DNA of 43,848 nt from a virus (taxonomy: Duplodnaviria; Caudoviricetes). A program made the position numbers and the translations under genes. Where the stretch lies: the IMG/VR virus record IMGVR_UViG_3300044724_010588, positions 1 through 43,848 of that record; one strand, written 5' to 3'. Below the pieces are notes generated by a model. That model was given only the letters and a program-made list of their open reading frames with translations. It searched no databases and was not told the DNA's origin. Every line of letters begins with the position of its first letter. The first letter of the stretch is position 1. Positions 18,437 through 27,647 of this stretch are shown here, piece by piece.

Positions 18437-20244
18437 AGCACGTTAATTTTAATTCTATAAAACTCAAGAATTTTCTATCTGTCGGTAATGATTTAGTTGA
18501 AGTAAATTTCAAAACCGGTATTAGTGTCATCACTGGTACTAACAAGGATAAACTTGATCGACGAAATGGGGTAGGTAAAAGTACTATAGCTGATAGTATC
18601 CACTTTGCTATCTTTGGGGAGACAATAAGAGAAATACCTAAGGGTAATATCATTAACAATATTACACAAAAAGGGACACACGTAGAGCTCTCATTCTCTA
18701 TAACCGAAGGCCAAGATGTAAATCATTATAAAATTATAAGAACTCTCAAACCTACAAAATGCTTTTTATATATAAATGATGAAGATAAAACCGAGAGTAC
18801 CATAATTAATACAACAAATAGAATTAAAGAGCTATTATCAGCTTCTGCAGAACTATTTCAGAATTGTGTTATTATGTCTCTTAATACAACTTTACCTTTC
18901 ATGGCTCAAAAGAAGGTAGAAAAGAGAAAATTTATTGAAGGTATACTTAAGTTAGAAGTATTCTCTCAAATGCTTCAAGTCGCGAGAACTGAACATAATG
19001 ATGTATTAAGGGATTATGAATCAGTAAATAAAGAATTAGTACATCAGAATAATTATAAAGATATAACAGTTAAACAATTAAAGGATAAAAAAGAAGAAAA
19101 TAATAATAAAATTGATAGATGTAATTTAGATATTAATCGTAAAAATAAAAAGATTACAACTCTACAAGAACAAATAACCGAACCAGATCTAAAATTAGTT
19201 GAGTCTATACGAGGAAAGAAAATTGACTTTGATAATAAAGTATCAGAAATACAAAAAACTGTAGATAATTTTCATCTCAAAAGAATGGGCTATGAAGCTG
19301 AGATAACAATGTATAAAAAAACATACAAGAGTATAGGTACTGATTTATCTAAGTGTCCTGTATGTTTACATGAGATATCGTCAGACGATAGAACACATAT
19401 AGAAGAAGAAAAAAATAAGATTACTAATGATATTAAAGCAAGAGAAGAAGATATCAAAGATATATATGTACAGATAGATAATTTAAAGGTCAGAAAGTCT
19501 ACATATATATCTGAGTCCGATAAATGTAAATCATTTCTTAAAGAATGTTTAGCTGCTGTTGAATCTAATAAGAGAGTAAAGTCTACTATAGACGATTTAA
19601 AAGAAGAGATAGTAGAGATTAACAAAGAGATAGCTAGTATAAATGATACGTCAGATAACTATAGTGACCTAAACAATCAGTTAGAAAAATATTCTAAAGA
19701 AGTATCTATATTAGGAGAGCAAGTTGAAACCCTATCTAAAAATAATAAGATCTTAGAGTTTGTTAAATTTATACTTTCTGAAGAAGGAGTTAAGTCTTAC
19801 ATAGTAAAAAAAATATTAAACATACTTAATAATAGACTCCTGTATTACTTAGATAAAATGGATGCAAATTGTGTTTGTAAGTTTAATGAATTTTTTGAAG
19901 AAGAGATTAAAAATGATAAAGGTCAAGAATGCTCTTATTTTAACTTTTCAGGAGCAGAACGTAAAAATATAGATCTTGCATGTCTTTTTACTTTTATGGA
20001 CATAAGACGAATGCAGGGAGATGTATCTTATAATTTAGTTATGTTTGATGAATTACTGGATTCATCTTTGGATGAAAAGGGAGTAGAACTTGTTATTAAA
20101 ATACTTAAAGAGCGGGTAGATCAATATAAAGAAGGCATTTATATAATTTCTCATAGGAAAGAATCTACTAAAGAGAGTTCCGGGGAAGTAATTTATCTAG
20201 AAAAAAGCAATGGAATTACCCGACGAGTAGAATATAATAATTAA
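18433..20244 (+). CDS. recombination ATPase, Rad50/SbcC-like (gp46)
   Basis: KNFLSVGN, NGVGKST, coiled coil with CPVC zinc hook, FSGAE signature, MFDE, ISH. Confidence 0.93.
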   Translation: MKHVNFNSIKLKNFLSVGNDLVEVNFKTGISVITGTNKDKLDRRNGVGKSTIADSIHFAIFGETIREIPKGNIINNITQKGTHVELSFSITEGQDVNHYKIIRTLKPTKCFLYINDEDKTESTIINTTNRIKELLSASAELFQNCVIMSLNTTLPFMAQKKVEKRKFIEGILKLEVFSQMLQVARTEHNDVLRDYESVNKELVHQNNYKDITVKQLKDKKEENNNKIDRCNLDINRKNKKITTLQEQITEPDLKLVESIRGKKIDFDNKVSEIQKTVDNFHLKRMGYEAEITMYKKTYKSIGTDLSKCPVCLHEISSDDRTHIEEEKNKITNDIKAREEDIKDIYVQIDNLKVRKSTYISESDKCKSFLKECLAAVESNKRVKSTIDDLKEEIVEINKEIASINDTSDNYSDLNNQLEKYSKEVSILGEQVETLSKNNKILEFVKFILSEEGVKSYIVKKILNILNNRLLYYLDKMDANCVCKFNEFFEEEIKNDKGQECSYFNFSGAERKNIDLACLFTFMDIRRMQGDVSYNLVMFDELLDSSLDEKGVELVIKILKERVDQYKEGIYIISHRKESTKESSGEVIYLEKSNGITRRVEYNN

Positions 20245-20245
20245 T

Positions 20246-21475
20246 ATGCTTTCTCCTTTCAATATCGTAAGCCGCAAACCTTTTAGTGGGGTAGAACCTA
20301 CTAGCGTGTTAGGTAATATTAATACAAAGCTATACAAACCCGCAGGTCAAGCGAAGCAAAACGATCTCAGCCGGGTTTTAAATTTCTATGCAGATTACTC
20401 TGGATGTGGTCATTGGCGTATGATCTGGCCTGAGAGTTTATTAAGAGTTAATCAGTCCTTCAATATATCTGGTGGTACAGTTATGATCGCTGATCCTAGT
20501 TTCTACGCAGATGTAAAAGCTATCAGAATTCAAAGACAAGCTACTGAATCTCAAAAGCAGTTTATGTCTTTTGTGACGAAAATAAAAGAAAGTCAAAATG
20601 ATAAGATGAATATTATCTATGAAATTGATGATATTATTTTTATTGAAGATATACCAATTTATAATAAGTTCAGAACTGCGTTTGATGATCCAAAAATAAG
20701 ACAAACCTCTATGGAGATAATGCTCATGGCTGATGAGATGACTGTTACTAATCAGTACATGAAAGATTACTTCAAAGATAAGACTGGTCACAAACAAGTA
20801 ACAGTTATTCCTAATTTTGTTCCTAAGTTTTGGATGGATAGATTCTATGAAAAAACTACAGTATCAAAAAACTACGAAGATAATATTAAAAAACCGAGAA
20901 TATTATATTGCGGTTCAGGAGCTCATTTTGATGTAGATTCGAGAGTAAAACATAGAGATGATTTCGAGCATGTTAATGATGTAATTAGAAAAACTGTTAA
21001 TGATTTTCAATGGGTTTTTTTTGGAGGATATCCAGCTCCATTGAGAGATTTAATACAGTCTGGTAAAATAGAGTTCCACTCATGGGAAACCCTTATGAGC
21101 TATCCGTATAAAATTCAAGCTCTTAAACCTCAGTTAATATATGCTCCGCTAGCGGATAATAATTTTAATAAAGCGAAGAGTGATTTAAAATTTATTGAAG
21201 GTTGCTGCATGGGTATACCAACGATTTGTCAGGACATTGTTACTTACTCTAATGCATTTTATAAGTTCAAGACAGGACCGGAGCTTATAGATCAGATTAA
21301 GTATCTAGCTAAAGATCGTAAGAAGTATATAGCTGAAAGTAAGAAAGCACGGCGATATGGGGAAACAAGGTGGCTAGAAAATAATATTTCCTTTTACGAA
21401 GAACTCTACAAATACCCGTATGGACATCCAGGTAGGGTGAATATTAATAAACTGAACAATATAGTTGTAAAATAA
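20246..21475 (+). CDS. GT-B fold glycosyltransferase
   Basis: SGCGHWRM, YEIDD, VIPN, APL.DN.FN.AKS.LKFIEG...GIP. Sits between gp46 and the DNA polymerase. Confidence 0.75.
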   Translation: MLSPFNIVSRKPFSGVEPTSVLGNINTKLYKPAGQAKQNDLSRVLNFYADYSGCGHWRMIWPESLLRVNQSFNISGGTVMIADPSFYADVKAIRIQRQATESQKQFMSFVTKIKESQNDKMNIIYEIDDIIFIEDIPIYNKFRTAFDDPKIRQTSMEIMLMADEMTVTNQYMKDYFKDKTGHKQVTVIPNFVPKFWMDRFYEKTTVSKNYEDNIKKPRILYCGSGAHFDVDSRVKHRDDFEHVNDVIRKTVNDFQWVFFGGYPAPLRDLIQSGKIEFHSWETLMSYPYKIQALKPQLIYAPLADNNFNKAKSDLKFIEGCCMGIPTICQDIVTYSNAFYKFKTGPELIDQIKYLAKDRKKYIAESKKARRYGETRWLENNISFYEELYKYPYGHPGRVNINKLNNIVVK

Positions 21476-21492
21476 CGGAAACCCTCTATACT
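21465..21492 (+). promoter_or_regulatory. sigma70-like promoter TTGTAA-16-TATACT for the DNA polymerase
   Basis: The -10 box ends 7 nt before the ATG at 21500. Confidence 0.55.
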
Positions 21493-21499
21493 ATATTTT

Positions 21500-24178
21500 A
21501 TGTATAGAGGATTAAGCTACATGCCGCATGAACGTAAAATGCGGTTATTTACGTGGTCAGAGGATGGTGAGCGCATTACAACAGATGTAGGTTACCATCC
21601 TTATTTTTATTATGAGACTAATAATAAGAGACTACAATCTGCTACTTCTTTATATGGTACAAAGCTCAGACAGATAGTTTGTCGCTCAGAAAAAGAAAGA
21701 AGAGATAAAATCAAAGATATGGGTATTGATCGTATCTTTGAAAATATAACTCCATATCAGCAATTCCTAATAGATCAATATTGGGAAAAAAACGAAGATG
21801 AAGAATTTAATAAATACCCTCTCAAGAATTGGTTTTTTGATATCGAGGTTTATTCCCCTGATGAGTTTCCTAAACCAGAAGACGCTAAGTTTCCTATTAA
21901 TATTATTACTATTTATGATACTATAGAAAAACATTATTATTCATGGGGTTTAGGTCCTTATGTACCAGAGACTGATAATGTAACATATGTCAATTGCGAT
22001 AATGAGAAAGACCTGTTATGGAACTTTCTTAATTTTTATCGTAAAGACCCACCAGATATTTTATCAGGATGGAATAGTGAGACATTTGATATTCCTTATG
22101 TCATAAATAGATTAGATAATATATTCGGAGAGGATGTTCGTAATATGATTTCTCCTATGAATGAAGAATTACGACGACCAATATATGCTCGGCAGTTTAT
22201 GGGCTCATTTGGTAGAGAACAAACCAAGTATATTGTTGAAGGTATAAGTATGCTTGATTATCTTGATATTTATAAAACATTCTCTGTAGGTCAAAGAGAT
22301 AGCTATAAGCTAGATTCAATTGGAGAATATGAGGGTGTAGGTAGAAAGATTAATACTAATAATACTAACTTAGCAACTCTTGCAGAGAAAGACTGGAAAA
22401 CGTTTGTAGATTATAATATTCAGGACGTTACTCTTCTTGCTAAATTAGATGAGAAGTTACAATTTCTAGGTCTAGTAAGGATGCTATCTTATGTTGGATT
22501 AACACCCTTTAACGCTGCGCTTGGTACTATCAGTACAGTAAACGGTCGTGCTATTATACAAGCACGTAAAGGAGATGACCCACGGGTTATACCTACATTT
22601 ATTAAAGATACTTCTCGTACTGAAAAATACGAAGGCGCATATGTAGGGGAACCACAAAGAGGTTTTAAAGAGAATATAATCTCATTCGATGCTAACTCAC
22701 TATATCCTTCTACAATGATTACTCTGAATCTAAGTCCTGAAACTAAGTTCGGGTCTATCACGTTTACTGATGATACCCATGTGCATGTTAAATCGGTAAA
22801 TAATGAGGATTTTAAATTTACTAAACCTAATTTTATTAAATGGGCGCAAAAGAATAAAATAGCTATAACTAAAGCTCGTAAACTCTTCTTTCAAGAACCT
22901 GTCGGTATCTTTCCTGCAATATCTAAACATTTCTATAATATAAGAAAAGAGAAAAAACAGCTCATGTACAAGTTAAAGAAAGAGCTGACCCATCTCAAAA
23001 ATACTGTAGATAATATTACTGATAAAGAAGAGAGAAAGATTGCTGAAAAGAGGCTACAAGAACTTCCAGTTAAGATTAATCAAGCTCATATTTATCAATT
23101 AACCTTAAAGATTCTTATTAATCGTATATATGGTTATTTTGGTAATAAACATTCGCAAATGGGGGATGGTGATATTGCTAGATCAATTACTCTCACCGGT
23201 CAAGAAGTAATCAAACAAAGTAATATAATTTTACGAAACTATATTATAGAAAATACTGACCTTACAGAAGAAGATCTTAACAAAGATAATCCTGTTTTAT
23301 ATAATGATACTGATTCTAGTTATGTAACTATAACTCCGTTGCTCAAACATTTAAATATTCCATTGTATATAGAAGCTCATTCCCCTGCTACTAATAATAT
23401 TGTAGTTAAGCCTGAGGTTTATGATTTAGTGCAAGATATAGAAGATTATCTAAATGTACATATAGAGCAATGGGCAAGGAAATCTCTTAATACTATAAGA
23501 CCTGAGTTTGTATTTAAGAGAGAGTCTATTTGCGATAAAGGGATGTTCCTACAAAAGAAAAGGTATGTACTTCATAAACTTGACGACGAGGGTGACCCGT
23601 GCAATACATTCAAATATACTGGGGTAGAAGTTGTTCGTACGACAATGCCAGACCCTGTTAAACCTCACGTGAAAGGTATAATCGAGAATATGATTATGAC
23701 CGGAGATGAGTCTAAAACTAATGAGATGTTTGAAAATGTATATAAGTTATATTCTAGTCTACCTATTGAAGATATTGCTTTTGTGATGGGTATTAAAGAC
23801 TATGACAAATATGCGATCAAAGCTAATTCATTTTCTATAGGTAAGGGTACACCTATACATGTTAAGTCTTCTATATTTTATAATGAATTACTAGAAGAAT
23901 TTAATCTTACTAGTGTACATGAGAAAATAGGCTCAGGGGATAAAGTACGTTATTTTTATGTACAACAACCAAATAAGTATGGCTGTAATAGTCTAGCATT
24001 TAAGTATAATTTACCTGAAGAGTTTAAGCATCTATTCTTAATTGATCATGAAAAGATGTTTGAAAAAACAATCTTTAAAGTAATAGAGCGTTTTTATGAA
24101 TCAGTAAAATGGAAACCGTACAAACCAGGAGAAGCATATCAGACAGATTTATTTGACTTTTTTAGTATTAGCCGTTGA
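21500..24178 (+). CDS. family B DNA polymerase (T4 gp43-like)
   Basis: ExoI FDIEV, ExoII GWNSETFDIPY, ExoIII YNIQDV, motif A SFDANSLYPS, motif B KILINRIYG, motif C YNDTDS, KKRY. Confidence 0.97.
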   Translation: MYRGLSYMPHERKMRLFTWSEDGERITTDVGYHPYFYYETNNKRLQSATSLYGTKLRQIVCRSEKERRDKIKDMGIDRIFENITPYQQFLIDQYWEKNEDEEFNKYPLKNWFFDIEVYSPDEFPKPEDAKFPINIITIYDTIEKHYYSWGLGPYVPETDNVTYVNCDNEKDLLWNFLNFYRKDPPDILSGWNSETFDIPYVINRLDNIFGEDVRNMISPMNEELRRPIYARQFMGSFGREQTKYIVEGISMLDYLDIYKTFSVGQRDSYKLDSIGEYEGVGRKINTNNTNLATLAEKDWKTFVDYNIQDVTLLAKLDEKLQFLGLVRMLSYVGLTPFNAALGTISTVNGRAIIQARKGDDPRVIPTFIKDTSRTEKYEGAYVGEPQRGFKENIISFDANSLYPSTMITLNLSPETKFGSITFTDDTHVHVKSVNNEDFKFTKPNFIKWAQKNKIAITKARKLFFQEPVGIFPAISKHFYNIRKEKKQLMYKLKKELTHLKNTVDNITDKEERKIAEKRLQELPVKINQAHIYQLTLKILINRIYGYFGNKHSQMGDGDIARSITLTGQEVIKQSNIILRNYIIENTDLTEEDLNKDNPVLYNDTDSSYVTITPLLKHLNIPLYIEAHSPATNNIVVKPEVYDLVQDIEDYLNVHIEQWARKSLNTIRPEFVFKRESICDKGMFLQKKRYVLHKLDDEGDPCNTFKYTGVEVVRTTMPDPVKPHVKGIIENMIMTGDESKTNEMFENVYKLYSSLPIEDIAFVMGIKDYDKYAIKANSFSIGKGTPIHVKSSIFYNELLEEFNLTSVHEKIGSGDKVRYFYVQQPNKYGCNSLAFKYNLPEEFKHLFLIDHEKMFEKTIFKVIERFYESVKWKPYKPGEAYQTDLFDFFSISR

Positions 24179-24202
24179 TAACTAAAATAAGTATACTATT
24201 AT
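24175..24202 (+). promoter_or_regulatory. sigma70-like promoter TTGATA-16-TATTAT for the ORF24209-uvsX-queC-gat-GT-gp41 operon
   Basis: The -10 box ends 6 nt before the ATG at 24209. Confidence 0.55.
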
Positions 24203-24208
24203 ATTTTT

Positions 24209-24565
24209 ATGTACGACGAATATAAAATTGTTGTTTATAATGACGGTATTGGAAGGACTTGTTTTGGAGAAGTATTAGAAGAAACTGATACTACTTTAAA
24301 GCTTAAAGATCCTGCAATGATTATGGTTACTCCTAATGATTCTGGTCAGATGAAAGTTGATGTAATTCCTCTTTTCTTTGCTGAGTTTATTGTTCCTGGA
24401 GAAAATGGTTCTAAGCAGTGTGTGTTTAATGTTAATAAAAATAATGTTTCTGTTATTGAAGTTAACTTAACAGATAGTATTACTAAACACTACTTTACTA
24501 AAATTAATATTAAAGAGACTGAAGAAGCAGATACTACTCCAGAAATTAAATTATTTGAAGATTAA
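24209..24565 (+). CDS. hypothetical protein, possibly Sm-like beta-barrel
   Basis: G..CFGEV..LKLKDPA pattern; 118 aa. Confidence 0.55.
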   Translation: MYDEYKIVVYNDGIGRTCFGEVLEETDTTLKLKDPAMIMVTPNDSGQMKVDVIPLFFAEFIVPGENGSKQCVFNVNKNNVSVIEVNLTDSITKHYFTKINIKETEEADTTPEIKLFED

Positions 24566-24567
24566 TT

Positions 24568-25674
24568 ATGGATATAAATAAACTTGCCAATAAAGCTTTT
24601 GCGAGCTTACAAAAGATGAATAGTAATGCGACTACCCTTGAGGATAATACCTTAAGTAATGTCACGGAATGGATTGATACAGGATGTTTAGCTTTAAATA
24701 GTATCATCTCTGGATCTCTTTATGGTGGTGTACCTAAAGGTCGTCTTATTATCTTTAGTGGGGAATCTGGCTGTGGTAAGACGTTTATTCTTAATAAGAT
24801 TCTTGGTAATGCTCAAAAGATGGGAATAATTCCTATTATTTTTGATACTGAGGTTGCAGTTGATACTTCAAGTGCTGAAGGAGTCGGACTTGATAGTTCG
24901 CAAGCTAAGTACGTACCAGTAGATACTGTAGAAGCGTGTCGTAATCAAATTATGACATTTCTTGATCAAGTAGAAGCAGAACCAGAGCTCCACGGTAAGT
25001 TTATTATATCTATCGATTCTTTAGGTAATCTCGCGTCTGAAAAAGAACTCAGAGACGCAGAACAAGGCAAGGGTGCAATGGACATGGGTCTTAGAGCTAA
25101 ACAGCTTAAATCCATGATGAGAATGATTACATACAAAGCTGCTGTTACTGGTACTACAGTGATAGCAAGTAATCATACATATGCAGATCCAGGAGCATTA
25201 CACCCTACTTTAGTTAAAACTCAAGCCGGTGGTTCTGGTCCTATCTATATGGCTTCTGTCCTTGTACAGATGGCTGCAAAGAAAGAAAAGACTGATTCAA
25301 ATAATGAAAAAGATGTAGCATTAACTGAATCAAGAAACTACAGCGGAGTTACTCTTCGTATGTTGACTGTTAAGAATCGTTTTGTTCCTGCTTTTTTGCA
25401 AGCAGAAGTTTATCTTAACTTCAAAACTGGCCTTGATAAATACTCTGGTTTGAGGGATGTTGCAGTAGCACATGGGGTTATTGAGCAAACCGGAGCCACA
25501 TTTGTCATGGATGGTAATAAACTCGGTTATTATAAGAACTGGCGTAAAGATGAAGAGTTATGGAAAACTATTCTCGAGCGTCTTGAGACATCTATTAAAG
25601 ATAAATATCGCTATGGTAAAGAGTTGAACGAAACTGCTATTGGTGATATAATCAAAGAAGATGAAGAAGGGTAA
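24568..25674 (+). CDS. uvsX: RecA-like recombinase UvsX
   Basis: DTGCLALN.IISG, GESGCGKT, FDTE, IDSLGNL, NHTY, GGSG, KNR. Confidence 0.93.
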   Translation: MDINKLANKAFASLQKMNSNATTLEDNTLSNVTEWIDTGCLALNSIISGSLYGGVPKGRLIIFSGESGCGKTFILNKILGNAQKMGIIPIIFDTEVAVDTSSAEGVGLDSSQAKYVPVDTVEACRNQIMTFLDQVEAEPELHGKFIISIDSLGNLASEKELRDAEQGKGAMDMGLRAKQLKSMMRMITYKAAVTGTTVIASNHTYADPGALHPTLVKTQAGGSGPIYMASVLVQMAAKKEKTDSNNEKDVALTESRNYSGVTLRMLTVKNRFVPAFLQAEVYLNFKTGLDKYSGLRDVAVAHGVIEQTGATFVMDGNKLGYYKNWRKDEELWKTILERLETSIKDKYRYGKELNETAIGDIIKEDEEG

Positions 25675-26338
25675 AGCAATTGTTCCAGTAAGTGGAGGTA
25701 TAGACAGTAGTGTAATACTTGCGTATGCACGTTCTAAGCATACGCAAGTATTTCCTATAACCTTTGATTATAAACAAAGACATATTAAGGAATTGATATG
25801 TGCAAAACATCAATCAGGAAATGATTTTAAAGAGGTAAATCTTTCTTTCTTTAGAGATATTGCTGGTAGTTCATCTCTAACTAATGATAATATTAATGTC
25901 GCTAAAACTAAAGATGTACTCGGGGATGCTCAAACCGTAAATTATGTACCCTTTAGAAATCAAATGATGCTGTCTATTGCATGCGCATATGCTGAGAGTA
26001 TGGGAGCTAATACTGTATATCACGGTGCTGCGTTAATTGATAGTCAAGCGGGTTATTGGGATGGTAGTGTTGAATTCTTAGATAGTATTAATAATCTTGT
26101 TGCTCTCAATAGGAAGAATAAAATCAATATAGAAGCACCTTTAATAGATAAAACCAAGAGAGAAATAATTCTCATGGGTGCTGAGTTAGATGTCGATTAT
26201 AGTAATACATGGACTTGTTATGAAGGTAAGAGTAAGGCATGTGGTTACTGTACAGCTTGTAGTTCTCGTATAAAGGGATTTTTAGATGCAGGAATCAAAG
26301 ACCCCTTACAATATGAACGTAATGATATACCATGGTAA
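25661..26338 (+). CDS. queC: 7-cyano-7-deazaguanine synthase
   Basis: SGGIDS, FDYKQRH..E, YVPFRN, TWTCY..ACGYCTAC..R zinc site. Confidence 0.95.
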   Translation: MKKGKAIVPVSGGIDSSVILAYARSKHTQVFPITFDYKQRHIKELICAKHQSGNDFKEVNLSFFRDIAGSSSLTNDNINVAKTKDVLGDAQTVNYVPFRNQMMLSIACAYAESMGANTVYHGAALIDSQAGYWDGSVEFLDSINNLVALNRKNKINIEAPLIDKTKREIILMGAELDVDYSNTWTCYEGKSKACGYCTACSSRIKGFLDAGIKDPLQYERNDIPW

Positions 26339-26344
26339 TATATT

Positions 26345-26977
26345 ATGTGTGGAATAATTGGATCACCGTATAAAGAGGCCTTTAAACACTTATTTAAGCA
26401 AAACCAGGAACGCGGTAATTTTGCTTATGGTGTTATTAAGTTTTGTATAAACAATAAAGTTAAGGTTGTTAAGGATAACGACTTTGAAAAGGATTTAAAA
26501 TTTGAAGATGATACAGTTTTTTATCTAGGACATCTTCAGTCACCTACTTCTACTAAGAGAGAATTCTCTAGAGAAACAACTCACCCTTTTGAGTATAAAG
26601 GTATGTACCTAGCTCATAATGGTGTATTAAGTAATTTTGAAAAGCTAAAAACAAAATACAATAAACATCTATCAGATGATACTATTAATGAAGTCGATAG
26701 TAGTATTATTTTACCTATGGTTGATAAGATAGGACTCAAAGCTACATTGCAAGAGCTTGAAGGTACTTTTGGTTGTTGGTTGTATGATTCTAATACTTCA
26801 GAATTATTTGTTTTTAGATCTGGTAGTACTATTTATACTGATGATCAAAATCTAAGTTCTAAGCCGATAAAAAACTGGCAACTTCTTGAAGAGGGTGTAA
26901 TATATAGATTTAACTTCACTAAATTAAAATATGAGCCAATTGAGACGTTTAGAACAAACAACGGATTTTTCATATGA
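26345..26977 (+). CDS. class II (Ntn) glutamine amidotransferase, stand-alone
   Basis: N-terminal nucleophile MCGIIG, RG, GH..PT, HPF, AHNG, VDS, EGTFG. Confidence 0.85.
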   Translation: MCGIIGSPYKEAFKHLFKQNQERGNFAYGVIKFCINNKVKVVKDNDFEKDLKFEDDTVFYLGHLQSPTSTKREFSRETTHPFEYKGMYLAHNGVLSNFEKLKTKYNKHLSDDTINEVDSSIILPMVDKIGLKATLQELEGTFGCWLYDSNTSELFVFRSGSTIYTDDQNLSSKPIKNWQLLEEGVIYRFNFTKLKYEPIETFRTNNGFFI

Positions 26978-27647
26978 TCCTGATAAAGTTTTAGTTGTAA
27001 GTACAACTACTAAAGATAAGTACGATCAAACTTTACTATACGAAAGCCTAAGAGACCAATCTTACACAGGTAAATATATTATTCATGAAAATAATAAAAA
27101 AGGCCTGTGTAAGATATATAACCAGTATATAACTGATGAATGGGATTGTGTAATCTTTGTACATGATGATATATACATAGATAGTTGTAATTTTGTAGAA
27201 AAAATATACGATGGATTCCGGTATGATAAGTTTGATATATGTGGACTAGCAGGAGGATCAAACTTAAAAATACAAAAACCCCTTTTATGGCACTTAATGA
27301 CAGCTCGAGAAACTCAATCTGGAGTTGTAAGCCATGGTACAAAAAATAAATATATACCTTCAGTATTTGGCCATATAGGAAAAGAGACTGTCCTTCTTGA
27401 TGGTCTTTTTTTAGCTTTCCAACCTCGAGCTCTTATTGAAAAAAATATTAAATTCGATGAAGAGATAAAAGGTTTTCATCATTATGACTTAAAATTCTCT
27501 GTTGATTGTTTTCAGGCAGGTCTTATACTAGGTACAGTACCGATACACGTAATACATAATTCTCCAGGATTGAGAGATTTTACAAAAGAGTATCGAGATT
27601 CAGAAGAATATTTCTACAACGAATTAAAAAAATATGCCAGAGAATAA
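26931..27647 (+). CDS. GT-A glycosyltransferase-like protein (Glyco_tranf_2_5-like)
   Basis: N.KGL..IYN, IFVHDD, GLAG, LDGLFLA, FDE..GFHHYD, H.SPG. Overlaps both the gat gene and gp41. Confidence 0.75.
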   Translation: MSQLRRLEQTTDFSYDPDKVLVVSTTTKDKYDQTLLYESLRDQSYTGKYIIHENNKKGLCKIYNQYITDEWDCVIFVHDDIYIDSCNFVEKIYDGFRYDKFDICGLAGGSNLKIQKPLLWHLMTARETQSGVVSHGTKNKYIPSVFGHIGKETVLLDGLFLAFQPRALIEKNIKFDEEIKGFHHYDLKFSVDCFQAGLILGTVPIHVIHNSPGLRDFTKEYRDSEEYFYNELKKYARE

